Below, in pieces: positions 53,701 to 61,719 of a stretch of DNA of 64,000 nucleotides. The first letter of the stretch is position 1; every line of letters starts with the position of its first letter. Where the stretch lies: positions 416,001 through 480,000 of the forward strand of contig CAWIYV010000010.1 in assembly GCA_963840455.1 (NCBI GenBank), written 5' to 3'. The notes below the pieces were generated by a model that was given only the letters and a program-made list of their open reading frames with translations, did no database searches and was not told the DNA's origin. Origin of the DNA: Nitrospirota bacterium (lineage in GTDB: Bacteria > Nitrospirota > UBA9217). A program made the position numbers and the translations under genes.

Positions 53701-53790
53701 ATCGTCGACGGCGCAAACAAGGGCGCCATAGCGGCCTACACCTTCACCAACGTCACGGCGAACCATACCATCAACGCCTACTTCCAGTAA
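47770..53790 (+). CDS. Giant secreted/surface protein (2006 aa) with Ig-like, Fn3-associated, four YYWRA Fn3-like and many InlB B-repeat-like domains
   Basis: AGGAGGAG RBS and N-terminal signal/TM segment. IYYTTDGSTPT, four ~100-aa units with Y[YW]WRA[KRQ]A, and many ITA.AG.NGSISP.G...TPDAGY.V.DV.VDG...Y.F.NV...HTI.A.F units. Thr-rich. Confidence 0.92.
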   Translation: MNTLLIWLATCLLKKGVRSLIIVFAIVMAVSLSIRSLPANAEEGGNDHCAAPPISTITSPLAGAQIGGVTTYTITGTASSAGTGVLKVKVSTNGGKNWHLATDTSGNASWTTWSFTWKMISNKADNDGDIDPDEKNVLKDGSYVIKSRAKSHSGCVETAGPGVTVTVDNTEPVTAASAAGYVFGSLTATSPVSVILSASDGAGSGVAAGYPKYCVDTANTCAPNLAYSSAINVTCAPGSTCTQYVRYYSLDRAGNSEVVQSSMVKQNVLDLLAPVTTASPAGGRSSNLQTVTLSCDDGAGSGCARIYYTTDGSTPTTNSAVYAGPISISKTSTVSFFAVDHAGNSEAVKSIAYIITYHVTTDAGAHGSISCGPVTVDYNANSLCTITPDAGYHIAGVSAGLTGGALNPVGAVTSYLLANVTADMTIAAAFAINTFTVTPSAGPGGSISPSTPRTVDYNGAALFSVTPDTGHHLVAVTGCNGTLSGNTYTTGAISGDCTVSAAFAIDTFTITMNTGTHGSASCDPTMVTYNAASTCVITPDAGYHASVTGCNGTLSGNTFTTGAITSDCTVSAVFVIDTFTVTPMAGAGGSFAPNAPLTVNYHGTATLTAVPDAGNHATITGCGGTQSGNTFTITAVKENCTVFATFANGAPSMPEIDFPLPASQTGLTPSLEVKASTDPDGDALTYTFEIYSDPELSEGARVAQAATTSASWVVPSAALADNTMYYWRAKAADGYLSSDWMPTANFFVNTANDNPTTPNISSPQDGVQVTTLAPALSVTNASDVDFYDALSYDFDVATDAGFTNIVARTSGIAKGAGGATSWIVMPALSENSLYYWRARAKDTNGGESVWVSASFFVNTANDSPTAPVIKTPSDGGEVATFTPTLVMNNATDLDSHFLMYTFELDTVNTFDSLNKQASGLIAEGADTTAWTPAALTENTTYYWRAKAGDGQADSPWVTASFFVNTVNETPSVPTLHGPANNSWVTVLAPSLQVNASIDPDNDGVTYAYEVYSDSALTSRVMAFSGAGTSWTINRNLIDNTWYWWRAQAKDEHGAVSGWTTASSFFVNDKGYNDPPGITIIKPGASDSTNAAGYTIAWTASDPDSDPVVTLFYDTTGSGFSGVQIATGMRLSDPVSSYVWDISGLGGGTYYVYAKIDDGTTAVYAYSGPLTIVRVPTYDVTATAEATGSITPSGTIRVNQGDSLTFKVTPNAGYVVRSFWVNGAPKTLSPDGVYTLSNIQASATVQAFFKVIPYTITSAVVPANSGKITSQGVNALGTYTYYIYSPDKTYDLAPNAGYHLLDVLVDGVSRGLVTSYTFVNDQANHTITALYEQNQPYIIAAHAGPNGSLSPSGDVSVIGGTNQTFTFTAAAGYRVLDVLVDGTSAGAMNSYTFVNVQAGHTISATFTPDVYTITAAADVNGSIEPSGALTVNKGASQTYTITPADGYQVSFVIVDNAQKGAITTYTFANIAANHTINAYFKVKTYNIIASAGAGGNITPSGTATRNIGTDQTYTITPSPGYHIADVAVDGLSQGAVATYTFASLSADHTITATFAPNPSYTLIASAGPNGSISPTGQISALGGTSRTFLIVPAAGYRVADVTVDGALQGAVTAYVFTNIAADHTISATFALIQYYDITAGAGPNGSISPSGTVSVPEFTNTTYTITPAPGYRVLDVLVDGASVGARISYTFSSVQAVHTISATFTPDVYTITASADVSGGIAPAGTITVSKGDSLTFTITPDAGYEVRSLIVDGANRGAVTTYTFANIAANHTISAYFKIITYTITAATDANGTISPAGVSFVNIGAGKTYTITPKPGYHTADVLVDGTSVGAVGTYVFTNVTSSHTITATFAENPAYTITAPDDMDFAGMHGSISPAGISTVLGGTNKRFDIIPDAGYRVDNVLVDGALVGAVTSYTFFDIQKNHTISATFTPDVYTITATAGINGNITPAGAITVNKGDSLTFTVTPDAGYTVFSVIVDGANKGAIAAYTFTNVTANHTINAYFQ

Positions 53791-53819
53791 TGCCTCGGTC
53801 AGTTTTGCAAGGCTGTGCA

Positions 53820-53848
53820 GGCCGGACCTGATGGTCCGGCCTTTTTTG
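53820..53848 (+). terminator. Rho-independent terminator
   Basis: GGCCGGACC-TGAT-GGTCCGGCC followed by TTTTTT. Confidence 0.85.
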
Positions 53849-54049
53849 TGAAAATTTCGTGCCAAGGTCCCGGAGGTGAACGGACAAGAGCGGAAAAACC
53901 CCTGTCGCGGTGCAGCGGCCGGGCTCTCAATAAAGCCGGTTTGGCGCGGTTGAGTTCCGCCTGTCGCAGTGGTATAATCACCCGGTTGCGAAGAGACAAG
54001 GAAAGCATAGCCATGCAAGGCAAGCGCAGAAGAGAGGAATGGCCAACGC

Positions 54050-54586
54050 ATGCGTTTTTTTGTTTTAGAAATCACCTATCTCATGTTTTTTTTATCCGGC
54101 GCGGCAGCGCTGATCTACCAGGTCGTGTGGGTCCGATCACTGACCCTCATTTTCGGCGGGTCCCAACCGGCTGTCACGGCGGTCCTTTCCATATTCATGG
54201 CCGGCCTGGCAATCGGCGGGTGTGTGATCGGGAAGTATGTGGATACCGTCAAGAAGCCGCTACTGCTCTACGGTCTGTTTGAGCTTGGTATCGCTCTTTT
54301 CGCCGTCATCTTTGTCGGTCTGATGAACCTCTATCCTTCGATCTCTATCTTCCTTGCCCGGGGGAGGGATGATTCTCCGCTGTATCTTTCGTTCATCCGC
54401 ATCCTCTTTTCCGTCCTTGCCCTGATCGTTCCGACAACCTTGATGGGTGGAACACTTCCCGTGCTGTCCCGATCCCTCTCTCATAAAACGCAAAATCTGA
54501 GAAATCACCTGTCGTTTCTCTATGGTTTCAATACCCTTGGAGCGGTACGGGGAGCGACAACGGCGGGCCCCCGGGCAAAAACCTGA
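54050..54586 (+). pseudogene. Truncated N-terminus of a fused MFS/spermidine-synthase-like membrane protein
   Basis: FFLSGAAALIYQVVW.R, FMAGLAIG, PTTLMGGTLP and LYGFNTLGA, then an abrupt stop at 178 aa. Full-length family members are much longer. Confidence 0.75.
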
Positions 54587-54640
54587 TGATCTTTCGGAAT
54601 TTTCAGACGGAATCCAGCCTCTACCGGTCAAAGTGCATCG

Positions 54641-54817
54641 ATGCCGCTGTCGAATGACATAAGACTGTTCCGGATATTCCCGGTCATCATAGTCATCGCA
54701 GTGTGTTTCGTGGTCAATGGGAACGCGCTTAGCAACGGATTTGTCTATGACGACATCCCCCAGGTGGTTCATAATTCCCGGATCAGGGATTTCCGGATTG
54801 CAGGGAATTATCAATAA
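54641..54817 (+). pseudogene. N-terminal fragment of a TMTC-like protein
   Basis: NALSNGFVYDDIPQVVHNSRIRD is paralogous to NTLRNGFVYDDIPQIVQNPWIRD of 56424-58274 and stops after 58 aa. Confidence 0.7.
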
Positions 54818-54829
54818 CAAGGAGGAGGA

Positions 54830-55579
54830 ATGCTTCACCAGAAGAAGATTGTTGTGGTCATGCCGGCCTACAATGCCTCCAAGACCCTAGAGCTGACCTA
54901 CAACGAGATCCCGATGGACATCGTTGATGATGTGATCCTGGTCGACGATGCGAGCAGGGACGATACAGCCGAAAGAGCAAGGGAGCTTGGCATTAATACC
55001 ATCATCCACGTAGAGAACCGCGGATACGGCGGCAACCAGAAGACGTGCTACCGCGAGGCATTGTCAAAGGGAGCTGACGTGGTAGTCATGCTCCACCCCG
55101 ATTACCAGTATTCTCCCCGTTTGATTACGGCCATGGCATCCATGATCATATCCGGACATTATGATCTTGTGTTGGGATCGCGGATCCTTGGTGGCCAAGC
55201 ACTGAAAGGTGGGATGCCCCTGTATAAGTATGTCGCGAACCGGCTACTTACTTTTGTAGAGAACATGGCTATCGGAGCCAAGCTGTCGGAATACCATACC
55301 GGATACCGGTCATTCAGTCGCCAAGTCCTGGAAAACCTCCCTTTGGAAGCGAATTCCGATGATTTTGTATTCGACAACGAGATGCTTGCCCAAGCAGTGT
55401 ATTTTGGGTTCCGGATCGGAGAGATAAGCTGTCCAACGAAATATTTTGATGATGCCTCCTCGATCAACTTCCGGAGAAGCGTCGCATACGGGTTCGGAGT
55501 ACTCGCAACATCCCTACAATTCCTGCTGCAAAAATGGGGAATAAAAAATTCGCCTCTGTTCAAAAAAATGAAAAAGTGA
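54830..55579 (+). CDS. GT2 glycosyltransferase (DPM1/polyprenol-phosphate sugar synthase-like)
   Basis: [31 protein letters not shown] and EYHTGYR. AAGGAGG RBS. Confidence 0.92.
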   Translation: MLHQKKIVVVMPAYNASKTLELTYNEIPMDIVDDVILVDDASRDDTAERARELGINTIIHVENRGYGGNQKTCYREALSKGADVVVMLHPDYQYSPRLITAMASMIISGHYDLVLGSRILGGQALKGGMPLYKYVANRLLTFVENMAIGAKLSEYHTGYRSFSRQVLENLPLEANSDDFVFDNEMLAQAVYFGFRIGEISCPTKYFDDASSINFRRSVAYGFGVLATSLQFLLQKWGIKNSPLFKKMKK

Positions 55580-55655
55580 AAACGGCGGTCTGAACCGCAT
55601 AGATTTCTGTGCTGAAAGAGCGGCCGCCCGTGCAGCACAAGTGAACAAATGGACC

Positions 55656-56174
55656 ATGAACAGGGCTGCCGCTGATTCTGCCAGCCTGGCACATGCGCGC
55701 TTCCTGAAAAGTGCATACGAAACACAGGAATTCAAGAAACTGCTTGAAGAACTTGGCACACAGTATCCGTGGTTTGCGCCGGGACGGTTTCTCAGGAATG
55801 AGTACCTGGCGTAGTCCATGTTGCAGCCATCGCTCATCCGGAGGAGCGCATTCCTGCTCTTTCATGAAAAGGGACAGAGTATCACGAAGGAGATCGCTAC
55901 CGTTCTCGTGCCGATCAGTCCGGAGCGGGCATCTGTTGTTTTTGTCGATTATGCTGCGAAAAAGGTCTATGGTCAGCGGTATTTCTCCGGCGCTGACCGC
56001 GATACGGAGATCAATCGTTTTGCCCAAGATGTCGCGGCCGCGCTTGAAGCCGCATACCGAAAAGAAGCCTATCACGCCCGCAGCCGGGGGAATCAGCTCC
56101 AACCTGCAGAGTCAACGCTTCGGAGAATGCAGGATATCATTATTTTGAAGGTTCAGGAGGCCCGGGATTCATAG
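55656..56174 (+). pseudogene. Hypothetical protein interrupted by an in-frame TAG at 55812-55814
   Basis: MNRAAAD...FLRNEYLA*SMLQPSLIRR... lies in one frame, continuous with ORF 55818-56174. Confidence 0.45.
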
Positions 56175-56423
56175 TATCGATGCGCCGCCACTGACCATGT
56201 CGAGGACGGAAGGCCAAGGTCGACTCTCTGGATATAGGCCTCTTTCGAGCAATCTGACCCAGCAGAGGACGCTGTTTCCCAGGCCCGTGCCGGGAGGTTC
56301 GGACGGGCCACCACCGCAGAGTGCCCGAGGATCATGAGTATTTCTTCCAGCCACATACGCTCAGGGGCTGCTGATCCTTCTGTGGCGGGACCAAAAGCAC
56401 GAACGCTTGCCGCGTGAGCAGAC

Positions 56424-58274
56424 GTGCAGGGTCGGGAGCAGGAAACGATGATATTCATACCCAACGCAGTGACAGACGCACCTCGCACAAAAATAGAGCA
56501 ACCATCGCAGTGGTCTTATCTCAGAATCCCTTTGCTGTTCCTGATGGCGGTCATCATTGCGTCTTCCGGGGTCTATGTGAACACCCTCCGCAACGGATTC
56601 GTGTATGATGACATCCCGCAGATAGTGCAGAACCCTTGGATCCGGGATGTCCGGTTCCTTCCCGAGATTTTTTCCACCAATGTCTGGGGATTTCAGGGCA
56701 TAAGCACCAACTACTACCGGCCCTTTTTACACGTCATCTACCTGCTGAGCTACCAGCTTTTTGGCTTGGCACCCTGGGGATTCCATCTCGTCAACATCGT
56801 TCTGCACGTAGGCGTGACCTTGCTGGTGTTCCTGCTCTCATCCCGACTTTTCCAGGCGGCCTCTCCTCGAGCCGCTTCCGCTTCATCGATCTTACCGTTC
56901 ATCGCGGCAATGCTATTTGCCGTTCACCCCATCCATACCGAGGTCGTTGCTTGGGCAGGAGGGGTCACGGACCTCTCCTTCACCCTGTTCTTCCTTCTCG
57001 CCCTTTATCTCTATATCCTCTCCACCGATAGGGGTGTCCATCAGAAGGGCTTCTACCTTCTTTCCGTAGCGTGCTTTTTTTTCGCAACCCTTTGCAAAGA
57101 GCCGGCCCTGACCTTCCCGGTCATCCTTGCAGCCTACGACTACGCCTTCAGCAGGGAGACGCTCCGACCCCTTGATTATCTGAAACGATATTCCCCCTAT
57201 CTGGGAGTTGCAGCCGTCTACTTCATCCTGAGGGTCAACGCCCTCGGCGGTTTTGCGCCGGTCAGCCGCCACAGCGAGTTAAGCGCTTATGAATACCTGA
57301 TCAATGCTTTGCCTCTTTTCCGGCAGTATCTGGGAAAACTTCTTCTCCCGACTCATCTCAATGTTTACCATGTTTTTTCACCGATCTCCTCCCTCCTTCA
57401 GCCGAACGGTCTGCTTTCCCTGGCCGCCACCGTGGTCTTTGCCATCGCCGTTCTGCTGGCCTTGAAAAAGAGCAGGCAGGTCTTTTTCGCCCTTGCCCTC
57501 GTGCTGGTGCCCTTGCTGCCGGCCCTTTACATTCCGGGGGCCGGCGAAAACACTTTTGCCGAGCGGTACCTCTATCTTCCGTCCTTCGGCTTCGTACTCT
57601 TTATCGCCTTCCTTGCGGATCAGGTGGTGCTCTATATGCCGCGCTGGTCCGTTCCCTTGGCCGCGGCATTCGCACTCGTCGCCGTTCTCTACGCCTTCGG
57701 CACAGTGCAGAGAAACGTTGTCTGGAAAGATGATGAGCGCCTTTGGCGAGACGTGGTGGAAAAATCGCCTGCCAGCGCCGTTTCCCACTATAACCTTGCC
57801 TGTATATTGAGTACCCGAGGTCAGAACGACGAAGCGATAAGGGAGTTTCGGACCGCGATCCGCCTGCAGCCGGCTGCCACGGCTTACAAGCGCCTTGGTG
57901 TGGCCTACCAAGCCAAGGGACTCATCGGCGAGGCTATTGAACAGTACCAGCTTGCCATACGGCTGCAACCCGGCGATAGCGATGCCCACGCCTTGCTTGC
58001 GGCTGCGTATGCCGATTCAGGATCACTGGACAAGGCGATTGAGCATTTTCGCATCGTCGTGCAACTACAGCCGGATTCCGCTAATGCCCAGTATGATCTG
58101 GGGAGGGCGTACCTCGAAAAGGGGCGACCGGCGGAGGCCATACCTCATTTGGAGGCCGCCGTGCTGCTCAATCCTTCTGATCCGTTGTTCCGCAGCACCC
58201 TGAACAGGGCGTTATCGATGAAGGCACCTGCCGCGAAGAACGATGGCAGGACCGGCAGCAGGAGAGATCGGTAG
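56424..58274 (+). CDS. TMTC-like GT-C membrane glycosyltransferase with C-terminal TPRs
   Basis: FVYDD, YYRP, FHLVN..LH, FAVHPIHTEVV.W, CKE, AERYLYLPS.G and RN.VW.D...LW, then TPRs. Confidence 0.88.
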   Translation: MQGREQETMIFIPNAVTDAPRTKIEQPSQWSYLRIPLLFLMAVIIASSGVYVNTLRNGFVYDDIPQIVQNPWIRDVRFLPEIFSTNVWGFQGISTNYYRPFLHVIYLLSYQLFGLAPWGFHLVNIVLHVGVTLLVFLLSSRLFQAASPRAASASSILPFIAAMLFAVHPIHTEVVAWAGGVTDLSFTLFFLLALYLYILSTDRGVHQKGFYLLSVACFFFATLCKEPALTFPVILAAYDYAFSRETLRPLDYLKRYSPYLGVAAVYFILRVNALGGFAPVSRHSELSAYEYLINALPLFRQYLGKLLLPTHLNVYHVFSPISSLLQPNGLLSLAATVVFAIAVLLALKKSRQVFFALALVLVPLLPALYIPGAGENTFAERYLYLPSFGFVLFIAFLADQVVLYMPRWSVPLAAAFALVAVLYAFGTVQRNVVWKDDERLWRDVVEKSPASAVSHYNLACILSTRGQNDEAIREFRTAIRLQPAATAYKRLGVAYQAKGLIGEAIEQYQLAIRLQPGDSDAHALLAAAYADSGSLDKAIEHFRIVVQLQPDSANAQYDLGRAYLEKGRPAEAIPHLEAAVLLNPSDPLFRSTLNRALSMKAPAAKNDGRTGSRRDR

Positions 58275-58361
58275 CGACAACGAAGAGGCCGAGACCGGAA
58301 AGGGCGGGCAGACAGTGAGATGTCCTGCCCCGCGAACGCAGAGGCCGACCAACGGTTTTCT

Positions 58362-59507
58362 ATGGCAAAGCTCAACCTGAAAGAGTTCGTCGTTTTCATA
58401 AAATATTCTGCCGTGGGCGTTACCGGAACGGTGCTGGATGTAGGATCGCTCTATATTTTTGTCGACCTGTTGCACATCTCTGTTCTCGTTGCCGCAGCGA
58501 TGTCCTTTACTCTCGCCGTTGTCAACAATTTTATCCTGAATAAGTTCTGGACGTTCCGGAATGCCGGTCGCAATATAAGAAAACAATTCATTAAGTTCGT
58601 CATTGTTTCTGTCGTCGGGCTCGCCCTTACGGAATTCTGCATGGCGGTCTTTGTGTTCCTTTTGGGCATCTGGTATATTGCGTCAAAACTGATCACGTCG
58701 GTCGTCGTGTTGACATGGAATTTTCTTGCGAATAAAAATTGGACATTCACCGAGACCATCCGCCCTCTTTCAGTGGCCGATCGATATGATTATGACCTTA
58801 CGATAATTATTCCAGCTTTTAATGAAGAAAAACGCATAGGAAGTACGCTCGACGTCATTCATAGGTATTTTGACCAGAAAAGCATGACACGGGAGATTAT
58901 TGTTATCGATGACGGCAGCAATGATGATACGGCCGGAGTCGTGAACGCAATGAAAAGGCGGATACACGACTTGCGTTGCATCCGCTCTCTTCCCAATCGC
59001 GGCAAGGGATATGCGGTCAAGGCCGGCGTGGAACAGAGCAGAGGAGAATACGTCCTGTTTACTGACGCGGACAACTCTACGCCGATCGAGGAATTTGAAA
59101 AATTTCATCCTATCTTGCCTCACGCAAAAGTTGTTATCGGTTCCCGCTATATGGCCAAAAGCTCCGTGGTCATCAGACAGCCATACTACCGGATCCTCCT
59201 CGGACGACTGGGCAATTTTCTCATCCGGGTCTTTCTCTTCGATGATATCAGGGACACCCAATGCGGATTTAAAGCCTTTCAGCACCGTGCGGCCCGGGAG
59301 CTGTTCAGCCGCATGAAGGTCAACCGGTTCGGGTTCGATATCGAGCTGTTGTCCATCGCGCATCTGTTAAAGTATTCCGTACGCGAGGTCCCGGTAAGCT
59401 GGTATAATTCACCCCTGAGCAGGGTCAGGCCGATAAAGGACGCTTTGCGTACGTTTGCTGATCTGATCTACATAAAACTCAATCTTCTGAGCGGACGATA
59501 TGAATAA
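58362..59507 (+). CDS. GtrA-like flippase domain fused to an ALG5/DPG-synthase-like GT2
   Basis: N-terminal four-TM GtrA pattern (NNFILNKFWTF...WNFLANKNWTF). C-terminal IIPAFNEE, DDGS.D, NRGKG.AV, FTDADNST, DTQCGFK and FGFDIE. Confidence 0.9.
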   Translation: MAKLNLKEFVVFIKYSAVGVTGTVLDVGSLYIFVDLLHISVLVAAAMSFTLAVVNNFILNKFWTFRNAGRNIRKQFIKFVIVSVVGLALTEFCMAVFVFLLGIWYIASKLITSVVVLTWNFLANKNWTFTETIRPLSVADRYDYDLTIIIPAFNEEKRIGSTLDVIHRYFDQKSMTREIIVIDDGSNDDTAGVVNAMKRRIHDLRCIRSLPNRGKGYAVKAGVEQSRGEYVLFTDADNSTPIEEFEKFHPILPHAKVVIGSRYMAKSSVVIRQPYYRILLGRLGNFLIRVFLFDDIRDTQCGFKAFQHRAARELFSRMKVNRFGFDIELLSIAHLLKYSVREVPVSWYNSPLSRVRPIKDALRTFADLIYIKLNLLSGRYE

Positions 59508-59618
59508 GGGCGGTCACCGAGAAAACACGGTATGCCCTCTGGAAGGCGCCGCCTTTTCTCGAAAGCATTATTCCACGCGCAGGGACCAGAGAATCGTCGG
59601 TGCAGCAGAGGAGAAAGC

Positions 59619-60566
59619 ATGATGCATCAGGAAACGGGACAGGAGACCGAAGGGCGCCGCATTCTGCCTTTGAGCGTCTTGATCCTGTTGCTGGCGGCTG
59701 CATCGTTCGCACGGAACGGCATCTATCACGAGGACCTGCGCTTGTGGCAGGATGTGGTGGAAAAAAGCCCTGCAAAGGCCCGGCCCCGCTATCAACTGGG
59801 TTTCTATTACGATAAGCGGGAACACCACGAAGAGGCAGTACGGGAATATCGGGCAGCGATCCGGCTCGGCCCTCCGGGTCCCGTTGTCGACCGGGCGCAT
59901 AATAATCTCGGGAACCTTTACGGAAAACAAGGCCGCTTTGAGGAGGCGATAGAGGAATTTCAGGCAGTCCTCCGGTATGATCCTAGGGATAGTGTCGCCC
60001 GTGCAAACCTCGGGATCATCTACGCCAAGCAGGGGAGAGTGAGTGAGGCTCTCCATGAGTTCCAGACCGCCATTGAGGCCGATCCCGGCAATACCATGGC
60101 ACATTACAATCTTGGCAATGCATACCAGGAACAGGGAAGGCTCGGAGAGGCAATCTTGGCATACCAGGCGGCCCTGCGGATGGACCCCGCCCATGCCGAC
60201 GCGCGTAATAACCTCGGATTGCTGTACGGGGAGCAGGGACGTTTTGCAGAAGCGATCCAGGAGTTTCAGGAGGCAATAAAAAGCCAGCCCGAGAGTGCAG
60301 AGGCATACAACAACCTCGGGATCGTCTTCGCGAAACAGGGCCGATATGATGAAGCGATCCGCGCGTTTCAACGGGCTCTCCTGCACGGGCCTGAAAGCGC
60401 CGAAGTGCACAAAAACATCGGCATAGCGTACAGCTACCAGGGGCGCCTCGAAGACGCCATACGGGAATTCCAGACCGCGCTCCGGATCGATCCGGGACAT
60501 GCCGGCGCCCGCCACCATCTGGAGAGCACGTACAAGAAATTAAGGGATAATCGCGGCGTCAAATGA
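59619..60566 (+). CDS. Membrane-anchored TPR protein resembling the C-terminal half of a TMTC-like protein
   Basis: One TM helix, RNGIYHEDLRLWQDVVEKSP.KAR, then about 7 TPRs (AHNNLG...A...F..A). Confidence 0.88.
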   Translation: MMHQETGQETEGRRILPLSVLILLLAAASFARNGIYHEDLRLWQDVVEKSPAKARPRYQLGFYYDKREHHEEAVREYRAAIRLGPPGPVVDRAHNNLGNLYGKQGRFEEAIEEFQAVLRYDPRDSVARANLGIIYAKQGRVSEALHEFQTAIEADPGNTMAHYNLGNAYQEQGRLGEAILAYQAALRMDPAHADARNNLGLLYGEQGRFAEAIQEFQEAIKSQPESAEAYNNLGIVFAKQGRYDEAIRAFQRALLHGPESAEVHKNIGIAYSYQGRLEDAIREFQTALRIDPGHAGARHHLESTYKKLRDNRGVK

Positions 60567-60624
60567 TACTATTCTTCGAGGCGGTATCCCACGGAATGAT
60601 TTGCTGCGGTAGCAACTCTGACCA

Positions 60625-61719
60625 ATGAATAGACAAATAACAACAGTCATTGCGTTCTGTCTGCTCTCCTTGTTCTGTGGCACCGGCCATGCAGAAGAAT
60701 ACGTATGGCATTTTGACAAGGGCGCTGATGCGTTGCATTGGAAGGCTCTCAATGCGGCTCCCGAGAACACGGCCGACGGGTTTTCCCTTGTCCGGCAGGA
60801 TGACCCGTTCTGGTTCGTTTCACCGCCGAACCTCAATATTTCTCCCGAGCTTTCGTATGCAGAGTTCAGGCTCAAGACCCCTGAAACCTATCTGCGCGGG
60901 TATCTCGTTGTGAAAACACGCGATGCCAGAAGTTGGGAAGAGGAATTTACCCTGGGTCTGCCCGATACGTACCATGTGTACCGGATCAATATGCAAAAGG
61001 GCAACGTGACCGGATCCCCGGTTGACGCGGTCGCATTCTCGTTCGGCGGCGTTGACCGGGTTTTCCTTGACTACGTCAAGATCTATCAACCATCTTTTCT
61101 TCAACTCCTGGGAGTGTATTGGGGAGAGTTCTGGAGCGTACCGTTTACAAGTTCGACAACCGTTAATTTCGTCGATACTCCTCTGATAGGCGATTATCCG
61201 TTCCTGGCCCCCCTGTATATTCTTCTCCTGGTCATCGTGGTCTGCATGGTCGCCCTGCTGAGACCGGTTACCAGGCAGTCCGTCGTGAGATCCCTGCTCC
61301 TGTCCTGCATGGCGGCGGGGGCGTTGTTCGCCGTGCGTATGGATTACACCTGGTATATGCAGTGGAGAGCGGACCGGTCATCGCTGGGGCAGAGAAGTCT
61401 TGATGAACGGATAGCCCGGGTGGACGGTACAGGAGCGTATACTTTCGCTCAGGGCTTGAAAAAGGTCATCCCTCCCGGCTCGACCGTAAGGATCTACGCC
61501 GGCATTCTTGAGGGTAAGGTGAGATACTACCTCCTGCCTGTAAAAGTATCTGCTCGGGCACCGTATATCGCGGTTTTTAAGGACCCCGCTATTTCCCATG
61601 ACCCAGTCAATAAATTGCTGCAGAGAGATCACGAGATCGTGGCCCGGAACGTCCAATTGATCATGGCTATTGGAAAAGACGGTTTTCTCTACAAATCCTC
61701 CGAGGACGGCCACCCATGA
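60625..61719 (+). CDS. Hypothetical exported/membrane protein
   Basis: Signal peptide (GHA-EE), beta-rich soluble domain and two TM helices. ATGA-coupled to the next gene. Confidence 0.75.
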   Translation: MNRQITTVIAFCLLSLFCGTGHAEEYVWHFDKGADALHWKALNAAPENTADGFSLVRQDDPFWFVSPPNLNISPELSYAEFRLKTPETYLRGYLVVKTRDARSWEEEFTLGLPDTYHVYRINMQKGNVTGSPVDAVAFSFGGVDRVFLDYVKIYQPSFLQLLGVYWGEFWSVPFTSSTTVNFVDTPLIGDYPFLAPLYILLLVIVVCMVALLRPVTRQSVVRSLLLSCMAAGALFAVRMDYTWYMQWRADRSSLGQRSLDERIARVDGTGAYTFAQGLKKVIPPGSTVRIYAGILEGKVRYYLLPVKVSARAPYIAVFKDPAISHDPVNKLLQRDHEIVARNVQLIMAIGKDGFLYKSSEDGHP

